Shown here: piece after piece, positions 20,769 through 30,700 of the stretch
Layout: every line of letters starts with the position of its first letter
Numbering within the stretch: position 1 is the first letter of the stretch
Source: Bacillales bacterium UBA1624
GTDB lineage: Bacteria; Bacillota_I; Bacilli_A; RFN20; CAG-826
Direction: 5' to 3'
NCBI GenBank assembly: GCA_002321395.1
Contig: DCMK01000068.1
Coordinates: forward strand, 1 to 52,534
DNA length: 52,534 nt
Program-made: the position numbers and the translations under genes
The notes under the pieces: generated by a model
The model's input: only the letters and a program-made list of their open reading frames with translations
Told to the model about the DNA's origin: nothing
The model's database searches: none

Positions 20769-21544
20769 AATATTCCGTTGCTTTCTTCGACGTTGATTGG
20801 ACTCTTTATGACCACGCCTCCCAACGCTTCATCCCCTCCGGCATCGAAGCGGTGAAAAAACTGGAAAGGCAGGGCACGAAGGTTTTCATTTGCTCGGCCA
20901 GGAACTACCAAAGCATCCGCTCGTTCGGGCTTTATAAGCTGGGCATCCATTGGAGCGGGTACATCAGCTGCGCCGGAGGGATCGCGGTGGTTGGCAACCA
21001 TTACGTGAAAAAAGATCTCGTGGACCCCAAAATCGTCCGTAGGCTGTGCAACACCGCATCGGAAATGGGGCGAAACTTGGAAATCATCACCCCTAAATCC
21101 CGCTTCTTGATCTCGCAGCCCGATCGTTACACGAAGGAATACTATTCCGTCTTCAAAGACGGGATGCCGGAAGTGCGTCCCTATAAAGGGCAGCCGAGCA
21201 CCGGGGTCCTTTTCTTTGGGCCGGAAAGCGACGACCAAGAATTGAAGAGGCGGAATCCCGGGCTGACCTATTTCCGCTTCGCCCCTTATGGCATGGACAT
21301 CCAAATCAATCCCCACATCAAAGGAGAGGGGATCGCCGCGGTCTTGGATTACCTTGGAATCCCCAAGGAAGAGGCGATTGGCTTCGGGGACGATTACCAA
21401 GACATGTCGATGGCCGACGCCTGCTCTGCCTTCGTTTGCATGGGGAACGGCAAAGAGGAAGTGAAGAAAGTGGCTACTCTGGTCGCTCCGCGGATCGAAG
21501 ACAATGGGCTTGCCGCGGCTTTGAAAAAGCTCGGCTGCATTTAG
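20765..21544 (+). CDS. Cof-type HAD-IIB phosphatase
   Basis: FFDVDWTL (DxD motif), CSARN, GFGDDYQDMSM. ATGA overlap with the GH2 gene. Confidence 0.78.
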   Translation: MKYSVAFFDVDWTLYDHASQRFIPSGIEAVKKLERQGTKVFICSARNYQSIRSFGLYKLGIHWSGYISCAGGIAVVGNHYVKKDLVDPKIVRRLCNTASEMGRNLEIITPKSRFLISQPDRYTKEYYSVFKDGMPEVRPYKGQPSTGVLFFGPESDDQELKRRNPGLTYFRFAPYGMDIQINPHIKGEGIAAVLDYLGIPKEEAIGFGDDYQDMSMADACSAFVCMGNGKEEVKKVATLVAPRIEDNGLAAALKKLGCI

Positions 21545-21661
21545 TCGATCCGGCTTTTGCGGCGCGAATCGCCTTGGGCGTGAGAAAAAGCGGCCGTTTT
21601 CCAAGGCGGGTGCCAATCCGATTGCGCGGAACGCTTGGTTTGCCCATCTTGCAAGTTCCTA

Positions 21662-21689
21662 TTGTTTTGTCCATCTCTTTCGCTAGACT
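21662..21689 (+). promoter_or_regulatory. candidate promoter TTGTTT-16-TAGACT upstream of the decarboxylase/deiminase gene
   Basis: Hexamers at 21662-67 and 21684-89. Only 15 nt separate them from the ATG at 21705, with no clear SD. Confidence 0.3.
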
Positions 21690-21704
21690 TGTTGCGGAAT
21701 TTCC

Positions 21705-24311
21705 ATGGAAAAGTTTGATCAAAGCAAAGCGCCTTACGTAGAGGCCTTGGGACGATACAGCAACGAAGACATCGTGCCCTTCGATGTGCCGGGGCATCAT
21801 ATGGGGAATATTTCCAACCCGGCGGTATCCCTTTTGGGGCGGCATGTCTATCGGCTGGACGTCAATGCCCCCATCGGCTTGGACAATCTCGCCCATCCTA
21901 GCGGGGTGTTGAAGGAAGCGGAGGATTATTGCGCCGACGCGATGGGGGCTGACCATGCTTTCTTTTTGATCAACGGGACTTCAAGCGGCATCATCGCCAT
22001 GATCCTCACCGCCTGCAAAGCGGGCGAAACGATCATTTTGCCCCGCAACGTCCATAAGTCGATCATCAACGCTTTGATTCTGTCCGGTGCCGTCCCGGTC
22101 TATTTGATGCCGGAAATCGATGAGGATCTGGAAATCGCCAATCAGCCATCCTTGGAGCAATACCAAAAAGCGATTCAGGCCCACCCTTCCGCGAAGGCCA
22201 TCTTCGTGATCAACCCCACTTATTTCGGCGCCGTGGGGAACTTGAGGGCCATCGTGGAATTGGCCCATGCCCATGGTATGGGCGTTTTGGTGGATGAAGC
22301 CCATGGGGCCCATTATTATTTCCACGCTTCGGGGAGCCCTTTGACCGCGATGGATGCGGGGGCGGATATGTCCTCGGTTTCCATGCACAAAACCGCGGGC
22401 TCTTTGACAGGCTCTTCGGTTTTGCTGATGAAGGGGGATCGTTATTCGCCCTTTGAGATTCAACGGTCCTTGAACATCATCAACACGACTTCCCCCTCCG
22501 GGTTATTGATCGCCTCTTTGGATGGGGCGAGGCAATTCATGGCCACCAAAGGGAAGCAAGCCCAAGAGGAAACATACAAATTGGCGGAATACGCGGAATC
22601 GCAGATCAATGGGATTCCGGGCTTCCGCGTATGCGGGAAAAGCCATTTCTTGGCCCATGGCTGCTTTGACTTCGACCGTTCGAAGCTGGTCATCGCCTTG
22701 GATAGCCTCGACATCAACGGATTCCAGCTGTACCAGCTCGGCATGGCGAAATACAAAATCCAGTTCGAATTGGCGGAGACCTATGCCGTTCTGTGCATTT
22801 TCGCGATCGGCACGAAAAAAGAGCACGTCGATCGTTTGGTCGCCTCTTTGCGCGAGGTTTCCAAAGAGCATTACCATCCGGAGATGAAATTCGCCGACCA
22901 CCATTTCGACAACCGTTTCCCCTATGCTTTCATCCGTCCGCGAATCGCTTTCCACGCCGCGGGGATGTTGGTCCGTTTGGAAGATTGCGCCGATAAGATC
23001 TCCAAAGAGCAGGTCATGCTCTACCCGCCGGGAATCCCTTTGATCTGCCCGGGGGAGGTTTGGACGAAGGAACTGGTGGAACGCGTTGCTTCCTACCGGA
23101 AAGAAGGGGTGAAGATCCTTTCGACTTACCCCGATGAATTCGAGGTCGTTGACCAAGCCAAGTGGCGGAAATTCCCTTTGTATCAAAGACGCTTCCAAGA
23201 GTACATCACCAACCGGAGGACCACCCCCTCTTCGGATGGGTATTCCATGCCCTTCGAAGGCGGCCCCCATAAAGCAACGGTCATCCTTTGGCCTTTTCGA
23301 AGCGATACTTGGAGGGAAAAAGCCGCCCCGGGAAGGGAGGCTTTCGCCCAGGTCGTCAAAGCCATCGCCCGCTTTGAGCCGGTGATCGTGGGGGTGCATC
23401 CTTCTTTGCCCCCATCTTCCTTCGCTCTGATTTCCGGCGTTCCGAACGTGACGGTCATCCGCGTCCGATACAATGATTCCTGGGCCAGGGACAACATGCC
23501 TTTGTTCGTGAAGAAGGGGTCTTCCCTCCGCGGGGTCGATTTCCGCTTCAATGCCTGGGGCGGCAATGTGGATGGGCTTTATTCCAACTACCACGACGAC
23601 GACAAACTGAGCTCGGTTTTCTGCCGGCGTTACAAAATCCCGGATTACTACCTTCCTTCCTTCGTGTTGGAAGGCGGGTCGATCGCCGTGGACGGGGAGG
23701 GGACTTGCATCGTCACCGAAGCCTGCTTGCTTTCCAAAGGCCGGAACCCGACGCTGAGCAAGGAGGAGATCGAGGAAACGCTGAAATCCTACCTTGGGGT
23801 CACGAAAGTCATTTGGATCTCCCATGGAATCGTGGAGGACGAAACCAACGAGCATATCGACAACATGGTCGCGTTCGTCCGCCCTGGCGTTTTGGCTTTG
23901 GCTTGGTGCCAAGACGAGAACGATCTCCAAGCCGAATACTCCAAACGGGCCTTCCAAATCCTTTCGCAGGAGAAAGACGCTGCCGGAAGGAGCTTCGAAA
24001 TCATCAAACTCGATGTCCCTAACCCTGTGCTGAGGGAAACTCCGGAAGAGGCGAAAGGAATCAAAAAGGGCGGATACGATGCAAAGCCGCGTCCTGCGGA
24101 AGCTCGCTTAGCGGCGAGTTACGTGAATTTCTACCAAGGCGAGAAATTCGTCATCATGCCCGGGTTCGGGGTGAAAGAAGACGCCTTGGCCAAAGAGAAG
24201 CTTCAGAAGGCTTTCCCGGAGAAGGAAGTCATCCAACTCAACACCCGCGAAATCCTTCTTGGCGGAGGGAACGTCCACTGCATCACAATGCAAATCCCGG
24301 AGGTGAAATAA
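21705..24311 (+). CDS. bifunctional fusion: PLP-dependent Orn/Lys/Arg decarboxylase (Bacillus SpeA-type, aa 1-~495) plus agmatine deiminase (aa ~505-868)
   Basis: N-terminal half: FDVPGHHMGN and PLP-lysine context SVSMHKTAGSLTG. C-terminal half: MPFEGGPHKATVILWP, FEPVIVGV, WARDNMP and catalytic Cys in GGGNVHCITMQIP. No stop or frameshift between the domains. Confidence 0.85.
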   Translation: MEKFDQSKAPYVEALGRYSNEDIVPFDVPGHHMGNISNPAVSLLGRHVYRLDVNAPIGLDNLAHPSGVLKEAEDYCADAMGADHAFFLINGTSSGIIAMILTACKAGETIILPRNVHKSIINALILSGAVPVYLMPEIDEDLEIANQPSLEQYQKAIQAHPSAKAIFVINPTYFGAVGNLRAIVELAHAHGMGVLVDEAHGAHYYFHASGSPLTAMDAGADMSSVSMHKTAGSLTGSSVLLMKGDRYSPFEIQRSLNIINTTSPSGLLIASLDGARQFMATKGKQAQEETYKLAEYAESQINGIPGFRVCGKSHFLAHGCFDFDRSKLVIALDSLDINGFQLYQLGMAKYKIQFELAETYAVLCIFAIGTKKEHVDRLVASLREVSKEHYHPEMKFADHHFDNRFPYAFIRPRIAFHAAGMLVRLEDCADKISKEQVMLYPPGIPLICPGEVWTKELVERVASYRKEGVKILSTYPDEFEVVDQAKWRKFPLYQRRFQEYITNRRTTPSSDGYSMPFEGGPHKATVILWPFRSDTWREKAAPGREAFAQVVKAIARFEPVIVGVHPSLPPSSFALISGVPNVTVIRVRYNDSWARDNMPLFVKKGSSLRGVDFRFNAWGGNVDGLYSNYHDDDKLSSVFCRRYKIPDYYLPSFVLEGGSIAVDGEGTCIVTEACLLSKGRNPTLSKEEIEETLKSYLGVTKVIWISHGIVEDETNEHIDNMVAFVRPGVLALAWCQDENDLQAEYSKRAFQILSQEKDAAGRSFEIIKLDVPNPVLRETPEEAKGIKKGGYDAKPRPAEARLAASYVNFYQGEKFVIMPGFGVKEDALAKEKLQKAFPEKEVIQLNTREILLGGGNVHCITMQIPEVK

Positions 24312-24312
24312 A

Positions 24313-25179
24313 ATGAAACGTTACGCTCTTGTGCAAATGGCGATGAGCGCTTCCTATGAAGAAAACATCGCAAAAGTCGATTCGTTCATCGAAAAAGCCG
24401 CGCAAAATGGCGCGGATCTGATTTTGATCCCCGAGCTTTTCGAACGTCATTATTTTTGCCAAATCGAGGATTATTCTTTCTTTGAATACGCCGAAGAGGC
24501 TTCCTCTTCAAAGACCCTTGCCCATTTCTCAGAGATGGCAAGGAAACACCGCATCGTGCTGCCCATCTCGTTCTTTGAGAGGCGGGGGAATGTGTTCTTC
24601 AATTCCCTGGCGATGATCGATTCCGATGGAACGGTTTTGGGCATCTACCGGAAAAGCCATATCCCAACGGGCCAGTGCTACGAAGAGAAATTCTATTTCA
24701 CCCCAGGGGATACCGGGTTTGAGGTTTTCCCCACTTCCGCGGGGCGGATTGGCGTCGGCATTTGCTGGGATCAGTGGTTTCCCGAGACGGCCCGCTGCTT
24801 GGCATTGAAGGGCGCGGAAATCCTCCTTTTCCCCACGGCGATTGGATCGGAGCCTGTCTTGCCCAAGGACTCGAAGGCCCATTGGCAGAACGTGATGAAA
24901 GGCCATGCCGCGGCGAACATCATGCCGGTATTGGCCGCGAACCGCATCGGGACGGAAAGCTATCCTGGGACGAGCATGAAATTTTTCGGATCGAGCTTCA
25001 TCGCCAACGAATACGGGGAGATGGTCGCGGAGGCCGGACGTGAAGAAGAGACGCTTCTATTCGCGGATTTCGATTTGCCGAAAATCGAAAAAGAGCGCAT
25101 CGACTGGGGCGTCTTCCGCGATCGGAGGGTCGATTTATACTCTCCTTTGCTGAAACTCGACGATTCGAAAAAAGAATAG
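24313..25179 (+). CDS. aguB: N-carbamoylputrescine amidase (nitrilase superfamily)
   Basis: Glu-Lys-Cys triad contexts PELF, YRKSHIP and ICWDQWFPE. GGAGGTGA SD. Starts 1 nt after the deiminase stop. Confidence 0.9.
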   Translation: MKRYALVQMAMSASYEENIAKVDSFIEKAAQNGADLILIPELFERHYFCQIEDYSFFEYAEEASSSKTLAHFSEMARKHRIVLPISFFERRGNVFFNSLAMIDSDGTVLGIYRKSHIPTGQCYEEKFYFTPGDTGFEVFPTSAGRIGVGICWDQWFPETARCLALKGAEILLFPTAIGSEPVLPKDSKAHWQNVMKGHAAANIMPVLAANRIGTESYPGTSMKFFGSSFIANEYGEMVAEAGREEETLLFADFDLPKIEKERIDWGVFRDRRVDLYSPLLKLDDSKKE

Positions 25180-25204
25180 ATTGATTAACACGGATTCCGC
25201 CTTC

Positions 25205-25210
25205 CATAAT
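25205..25210 (+). promoter_or_regulatory. -10-like CATAAT 9 nt upstream of the mntP ATG (leaderless-type)
   Basis: CATAAT-cgcctttgc-ATG (25220). No SD. Confidence 0.35.
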
Positions 25211-25219
25211 CGCCTTTGC

Positions 25220-25834
25220 ATGGAATGGATCGGAACCGCCTTTTTGCTTGGCGTCGCCTTGGCGATGGATTGTTTGGCCCTTTCGATCACGGATGGGTTG
25301 ATTTACAAAGGGATCAAGGTCTGGCAGTCCTTTTTCATCGCTTTCGTTTATGCGCTGCTTCAGGGTCTTTTCCCTTTGGCGGGGTATTTCTTAGGCGAAA
25401 CGTTCATCGACAGAATTTCGCCTTGGCATCTTTTGGTCTCTTTTTTGCTTTTGGCCCTCATCGGCGGGAAGATGGCCTTCGATGGGATCAAGGGCATGGT
25501 GAAGCCGGAAGAAAGGAAGGAAGGGAAGTTCTCGATCCCCTCGGTTTTGCTGCAGGGGGTTGCGGATTCCATTGACGCTTTCGCGGTCGGGATCACGGTG
25601 AAGGTCGCCATTTGCCCCGAAAATCCGACTTCGGTCGGTTTCGATGCTGTTTTGTGGGTCATCTTGATCATCGCTTTATGCACGTTCGTCATCTCCCTTT
25701 TGGGAGTATTCTTAGGCAAAGGCATCAACCGTTTGCTGAAGGGGCGTTATGAGATCGCCAATCTCGTGGGCGGGATTGTTTTGCTTGGGCTTGGGATCAA
25801 GTCTTTGGCCGACTTCGTTTTGGCCTTCCTCTAA
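25220..25834 (+). CDS. mntP: manganese efflux pump MntP family
   Basis: Two repeated halves with AMDCLALSITDG and ADSIDAFAVGI (MntP/DUF204 pattern). ATG at 25220 preferred over the track's TTG at 25181. Confidence 0.85.
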   Translation: MEWIGTAFLLGVALAMDCLALSITDGLIYKGIKVWQSFFIAFVYALLQGLFPLAGYFLGETFIDRISPWHLLVSFLLLALIGGKMAFDGIKGMVKPEERKEGKFSIPSVLLQGVADSIDAFAVGITVKVAICPENPTSVGFDAVLWVILIIALCTFVISLLGVFLGKGINRLLKGRYEIANLVGGIVLLGLGIKSLADFVLAFL

Positions 25835-25861
25835 GCCACGTGGAAACCCTTTACCTTTTAA

Positions 25862-25869
25862 GGTAAAAT
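25862..25869 (+). promoter_or_regulatory. -10 box GGTAAAAT 9 nt upstream of the patatin gene ATG (leaderless-type)
   Basis: GGTAAAAT-caccgttgt-ATG (25879). No SD. Confidence 0.5.
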
Positions 25870-25878
25870 CACCGTTGT

Positions 25879-26739
25879 ATGGAAAGGGCCGTTTTAGCAT
25901 TGCAGGGCGGGGGGACCCGCGGGGCGTTCACCTCCGGCGTCCTCGATGTGTTCCTGGAGAAGGGGATCGTTTTCCCTTCCGTCTATGGGACTTCCGCGGG
26001 GGCGCTCAACGCGGTCAATTACCTTTCCGGGGACATCGGCAGAAGCAAGTTCGTCATCTGCGAATTGACCAGCGATCCGAAATTCCTGAGCCTCCATAAT
26101 CTGATCTGGAAGAAGAGCATTTTCGACTTCGGCTACCTTTTCTCCTCCGTCCCCAAAACGGTTCTCCCGTTTTCCCAAGAGGCTTTCGATGGCAGTCCTA
26201 TCGATTTGACGGTCGTGGCCACAGGGCTGGAGGATGGAAAGGCCCATTATTTCCATAAGAGAAACTGCGCGGAATTCATGAAGGCGGTGGAGGCTTCCGC
26301 CTCTTTGCCCCTTCTTTCGAAGCCGGTTGAGGTGGAAGGGCATCTGTATTTGGACGGCGGGCCGGCCGATTCGATTCCTTTTCGGGTGCCTTACGCTTCC
26401 GGGGAGAAAAAGATCGTCGTCGTGTCCACTCGCGAGAAAGGGTACCGGAAGAAGCCGATGAGCCCCGCGAAAATCCGCTTATCCCGCCAGCTTTATCGCG
26501 ATTATCCGCTGTTCCTGCGCTGCTATGAAGACAGCCCGCAAACCTACAATTCCGATGTCGATTTGCTGGATGCCTTGGAAAGGGAAGGACGCATTTTCTT
26601 GATTCGCCCCGAATTCCCCACGGGGGTTTCCTCCACGGATAAGAACAAGAAGAAATTGGCGGCCCTTTATGAAGAAGGCCGGAGGATCGCTTTGGCTAGG
26701 CTTGGGGATATGCGGAAGTATTTGGGGGGAGAGCAATGA
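25879..26739 (+). CDS. patatin-like phospholipase
   Basis: Oxyanion hole GGGTRGAF, nucleophile elbow GTSAG, catalytic Asp in YLDGG. Confidence 0.87.
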   Translation: MERAVLALQGGGTRGAFTSGVLDVFLEKGIVFPSVYGTSAGALNAVNYLSGDIGRSKFVICELTSDPKFLSLHNLIWKKSIFDFGYLFSSVPKTVLPFSQEAFDGSPIDLTVVATGLEDGKAHYFHKRNCAEFMKAVEASASLPLLSKPVEVEGHLYLDGGPADSIPFRVPYASGEKKIVVVSTREKGYRKKPMSPAKIRLSRQLYRDYPLFLRCYEDSPQTYNSDVDLLDALEREGRIFLIRPEFPTGVSSTDKNKKKLAALYEEGRRIALARLGDMRKYLGGEQ

Positions 26740-27788
26740 ACAAGAACGATAAAAAGCAGCATCGGAGCAACAAGGGGATCGTGAATCAAAACGCGATCCG
26801 CGATTACACGGTTTACAAGGATACGACTCTGCTTGAGTTCCTTTTCTTCAAAATGCCGGACACGCCGAAGAAGAACGTCAAATCCCTCCTTTCCCATCAC
26901 CAAGTCGCGGTGGGCGGGGTCCCCGTTTCGCAGTTCGATTACCCTTTGACCAAAGAAGACGTAGTCACCGTTTCCAAGTTCCGCATCGCCAAGAAGAGCC
27001 GGAAGGATCTGCCTATCCTTTACGAAGACGAGGATATCATCGCCTTGGATAAGCCCTCCGGTTTGCTTTCCGTCGCCACCGAGAAGGAGAAAGGAAAGAC
27101 CGCTTACCGCTTGGTTTCCGATTACGTGGCCGCGAAGAACCGCAAATCGCGGGTTTACGTCGTCCATCGCTTAGACGAGGACACTTCCGGCGTTTTGGTG
27201 TTCGCCAAAAGCCAAGAGGTCCGCGAAGCCCTTCAGAAATCATGGCAGGAAATCGTGAAGAAGAGAGGCTATTACGCGATCGTCGAAGGCGAAATGGAGA
27301 AACAGGAAGACACCCTGAAAGACTATTTGGAGCAGGACAACTTCCAGTTGGTCCGCGTCAGCAAAAACAAGGCGAAAGGAAAATTGGCCATCACCCATTT
27401 CAAGGTTATCGAGACCAAAGGCCCTTATTCCTTGCTGAATGTGGACATCGCTTCGGGGAGGAAAAACCAAATCCGCGTTCAGCTTGGCCATATCGGTCAC
27501 TTCGTCATCGGCGATGATAAATACGGGAATCCCTCCGACCCTCTGAAGCGGCTGGGCCTCCACGCCTATGAGCTTTCTTTCACCAATCCCTTGAATGGGA
27601 AGGAATACGACATCAAATCCCCGATGCCGAAGGAATTCAAATCCCTTTTCTTCGTCAGCCGGGAGCAGCTGAGGCAAATGCAGAGCAAAGCGAGCCAAAA
27701 AAAGCCGCGCGATGTCATGGATTCCCGTTCGGCGATTCGCATAAAGAAAGGTAAAGAAAGGCGAAAGAATTTCCGCTATGGTCGTTGA
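26736..27788 (+). CDS. RluA-family rRNA pseudouridine synthase with S4-like N-terminal domain and a basic C-terminal tail
   Basis: Catalytic motif HRLDEDTSGVLVFAK, GRKNQIRVQL. ATGA overlap with the patatin gene. Confidence 0.85.
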   Translation: MNKNDKKQHRSNKGIVNQNAIRDYTVYKDTTLLEFLFFKMPDTPKKNVKSLLSHHQVAVGGVPVSQFDYPLTKEDVVTVSKFRIAKKSRKDLPILYEDEDIIALDKPSGLLSVATEKEKGKTAYRLVSDYVAAKNRKSRVYVVHRLDEDTSGVLVFAKSQEVREALQKSWQEIVKKRGYYAIVEGEMEKQEDTLKDYLEQDNFQLVRVSKNKAKGKLAITHFKVIETKGPYSLLNVDIASGRKNQIRVQLGHIGHFVIGDDKYGNPSDPLKRLGLHAYELSFTNPLNGKEYDIKSPMPKEFKSLFFVSREQLRQMQSKASQKKPRDVMDSRSAIRIKKGKERRKNFRYGR

Positions 27789-30700
27789 GAACATGGAAAA
27801 AAGAGCAGAACAGCCAAAAGAAAGCCTTAAGGACTTCAAAAAAGGAAACAATGGCTTCCGTGCGTGGATGATATCCCACGCCCCGTTCCTTTTCGATTGG
27901 AGCAGCGTCTTTTACTTCGGGATTTTCCTGTTTTTGCTCGCGGTGGCTTGGGCGGCGAATCTATTGATTGAGAACTCAGGGACGATGCTGATGGGCTGGG
28001 ATTATACCTGGCAGTTCGTTTCTTTTGCCTATGACTTTTGGGATCAGTGGCACGTTTTCTTTACGACGGGGCGCTTCCCCCTTTACGATTCCACGATTTG
28101 GATCGGCCTCGATAACATCGGCTCGAATTCCTATTACAGTCTTTTTGACCCTTTCGTGGTCATATTGACGTTGTTCCCCCGTTCTTGGATCCCGGCTTTG
28201 TTCGCGATCACGACCTTCTTGAAGATCATGGTTTCGGGGTTGCTGATGCGATGGTACCTGAAATACCTCGGCATCAGCGAGGGGGCTTCTCGCCTTGGCG
28301 CCACGGCTTTGGCCTTCTCCGGATACATGATGTTCATGGTCGGATTCCCGACGACGGTCTCCGCCTGCGTGTACATCCCTTTGATTCTATTGGGAATCGA
28401 CAAGGTCATCCGCGAGAAGAAGCCTTATTGCTTGGTGATCGGTTTGTTCCTGATGGGGATCACTTCTTTCTTCTTCTTGGTCGTCGCCTGCGTTTGGGGC
28501 GTTTGCTATGCTTTGTGGCGTTATTTTTGGAGCATAAAAACCCGGAGCGCGAGGGACAACGTCCTCGTCATTCTCATGGGAATCGCTTCCTTCGCGATCG
28601 GTTTGCTCATGAGCGCATGGACGTTGCTTCCCTCCATTCGCCAATCGGCTTTGTCCGGGCGCTCCACTTCGATTGGATCGGCTTATTTGTCCGCGATCTT
28701 GGCCTCGCTGAAGGGGCATGATCTGAAAAGCTTCTTCCAACTGATCTTTGAGCCGGTTGGGGACCACCCATCCCGCGAATTGATGGGGCTCATTTCCTTC
28801 TTCTATCCGACCGGAGGATATCTTTATTTGCCTTTGATCCATACGGGGTACGATGCCTGGACCGCTTCCATTTTCTGCTATACGCCTTTCATTATTCTTT
28901 TCTTCACTGGGGTGATCCTTTCCATCAAAAAGCAAAAATGGAGCCATTTGATCGCCATTTTGCTTTGTTTGTATCTCGTCTTTACCAATTTCGCTTATTT
29001 CTTCTTCTACGCCTTCTCCGGGAATGGGTATGGCCGTTGGTTCATCATGCTAATCCCTGAGATCATCCTCTATGGGTGCTGGGCTTTCGACGAAGCCAGG
29101 AAAGAACCCCAATGGGTTCGCTTTTTGGGCAGCGCGCTTTCTTTGATGGCGACTTTGGGCGCCTATTTCATCTTGACCAGCGTTCTGAAGGAAGGAACGG
29201 TTTACCCCAATCCCAACCATTTGACTTATTGGCCTTCAAGCTATACGTCCCCGGAGAACGTGACCGGATCGGGGAAGGCGATTTGGTATGTCTTCGCCCA
29301 ATGCGGATATCTTTTGGCGGAAGGGATCGTTTTCGTGGCGTTCAACGCGAAAAAATGGATGCCGAAAGCCCTCCTTGGCTTGCTGGCGGTCGAAGTCATC
29401 GTCGCGGGCAACGCCGCATCCGCGAACTACTATTCCATCTATAGCTATTCCAAGCGTTACATGGGCGGCAGCGCCGCGTTTGCGAATTCGCTGAAGGTCG
29501 CCGACGCGATTAAAGAAGACGGGATGGCTTTCTCACGGACTTATTTCGATCAGACCAACGGCAGCGACAGCGAAGCGAAAAGCTACAACACGGTGCTGGG
29601 CCTGGGCAGTTCCGCCGCCTTCCATTCCTTGATGAACTTCGACACCGAGGAATTCGCTTTGCTGGCCAACATGAAAGGGCCTTACACTTCCTCTCCTTCG
29701 AAAACGTACAACGACGTCGAGATCTTCAACCCCACGTGGTCTGGGTATTATGGGAACAAGCGTTTCGGAACCGACTCGGTTTTGGGGTTCCATTATTACG
29801 CGATCAAAAACGATTACGCCTCTTGGGTCGATTTCATGCCGGCCAACGTCCCTTTTGGGGCGGAGGAGATCTATTCTCTCCCCGCTGCCGGAAAAGAAGG
29901 AAAGACGCGGTATAAGGTTTATAAGCTCGGTGAGGATTCTTCCGCCTCCTTGGGCTATGCAGTGGATTCCGATAAGCTTTACCGCATTGGGAAGAAAGAG
30001 GGCAGCTACTATTTGAATTCCTTTTACGACAACACCATCGGATCTAGCGGATATCGCAGCTTGATCCGCGCGGAGGAGACTTTCCTCAATGGGGCGATTT
30101 TCGAGGATGACGCCACCCTTCCGGATGGGATGAGCTGCGCGGAGGTCCCCAGCGTATCCTCCGACGCCCAAGTCCTCGCTAATTACGGCAAGAAGGCTCT
30201 TCGGTTCCAGTCTGGATTAAAAGGGTACACGGTCACGACGGAAGAAGGGGATGGGTTGTTCCCAAAAACCGGCTTGACGGGGAGCCCTAATGACGCCTCT
30301 TATTTCCTCTCTTCCTCTTATCCGCGCGTGAGCCTGAACTCTTCTTCCAAGGCGGTTCCAGACCGCACCCACGTGGTATTCGAATCCAGCAGCAGCGATT
30401 ACCTCTCCTCCGACGAGACGGGCTGCTACATCGAATTCAAGTACTGGTGCGGGCAAAGCACCCCGCGCGTCATGGTGTTCGGCGACAAAGATGGGAAAAG
30501 CAATCAATTGCTTGCCTTTGAGTCCTCCGCCTTGTCGGTCGCCAAACAATCGGGTTATTTCTCCTCGCGTTCCTCCTCCTTCGGCCTTTACGTCAATGGG
30601 CATGCGAAGTCCCTCGTTTTCCTTTGGCCTAGCGGCGGGGCGGATATTTCCATCAGTCCGAGCAATCTGACCGTCTACGTCACCGGGAAGCAGGAAATGC

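Noticed and set aside
21545-21661. Possible riboswitch or attenuator in the 160-nt spacer before the decarboxylase/deiminase gene (imperfect stem CCAAGGCG...CGCTTGG at 21601-21638).
   Set aside because: The stem is imperfect and has only a TTT tail. It shows no resemblance to any riboswitch class I can recall. It is more likely a weak terminator for the HAD gene or plain spacer.
25180-25219. yybP-ykoY manganese riboswitch expected upstream of mntP, and the track's TTG start at 25181.
   Set aside because: Only 40 nt lie between the aguB stop and the ATG at 25220, too short for the riboswitch. The TTG-initiated extension (MINTDSAFHNRLC) is not hydrophobic and not MntP-like.
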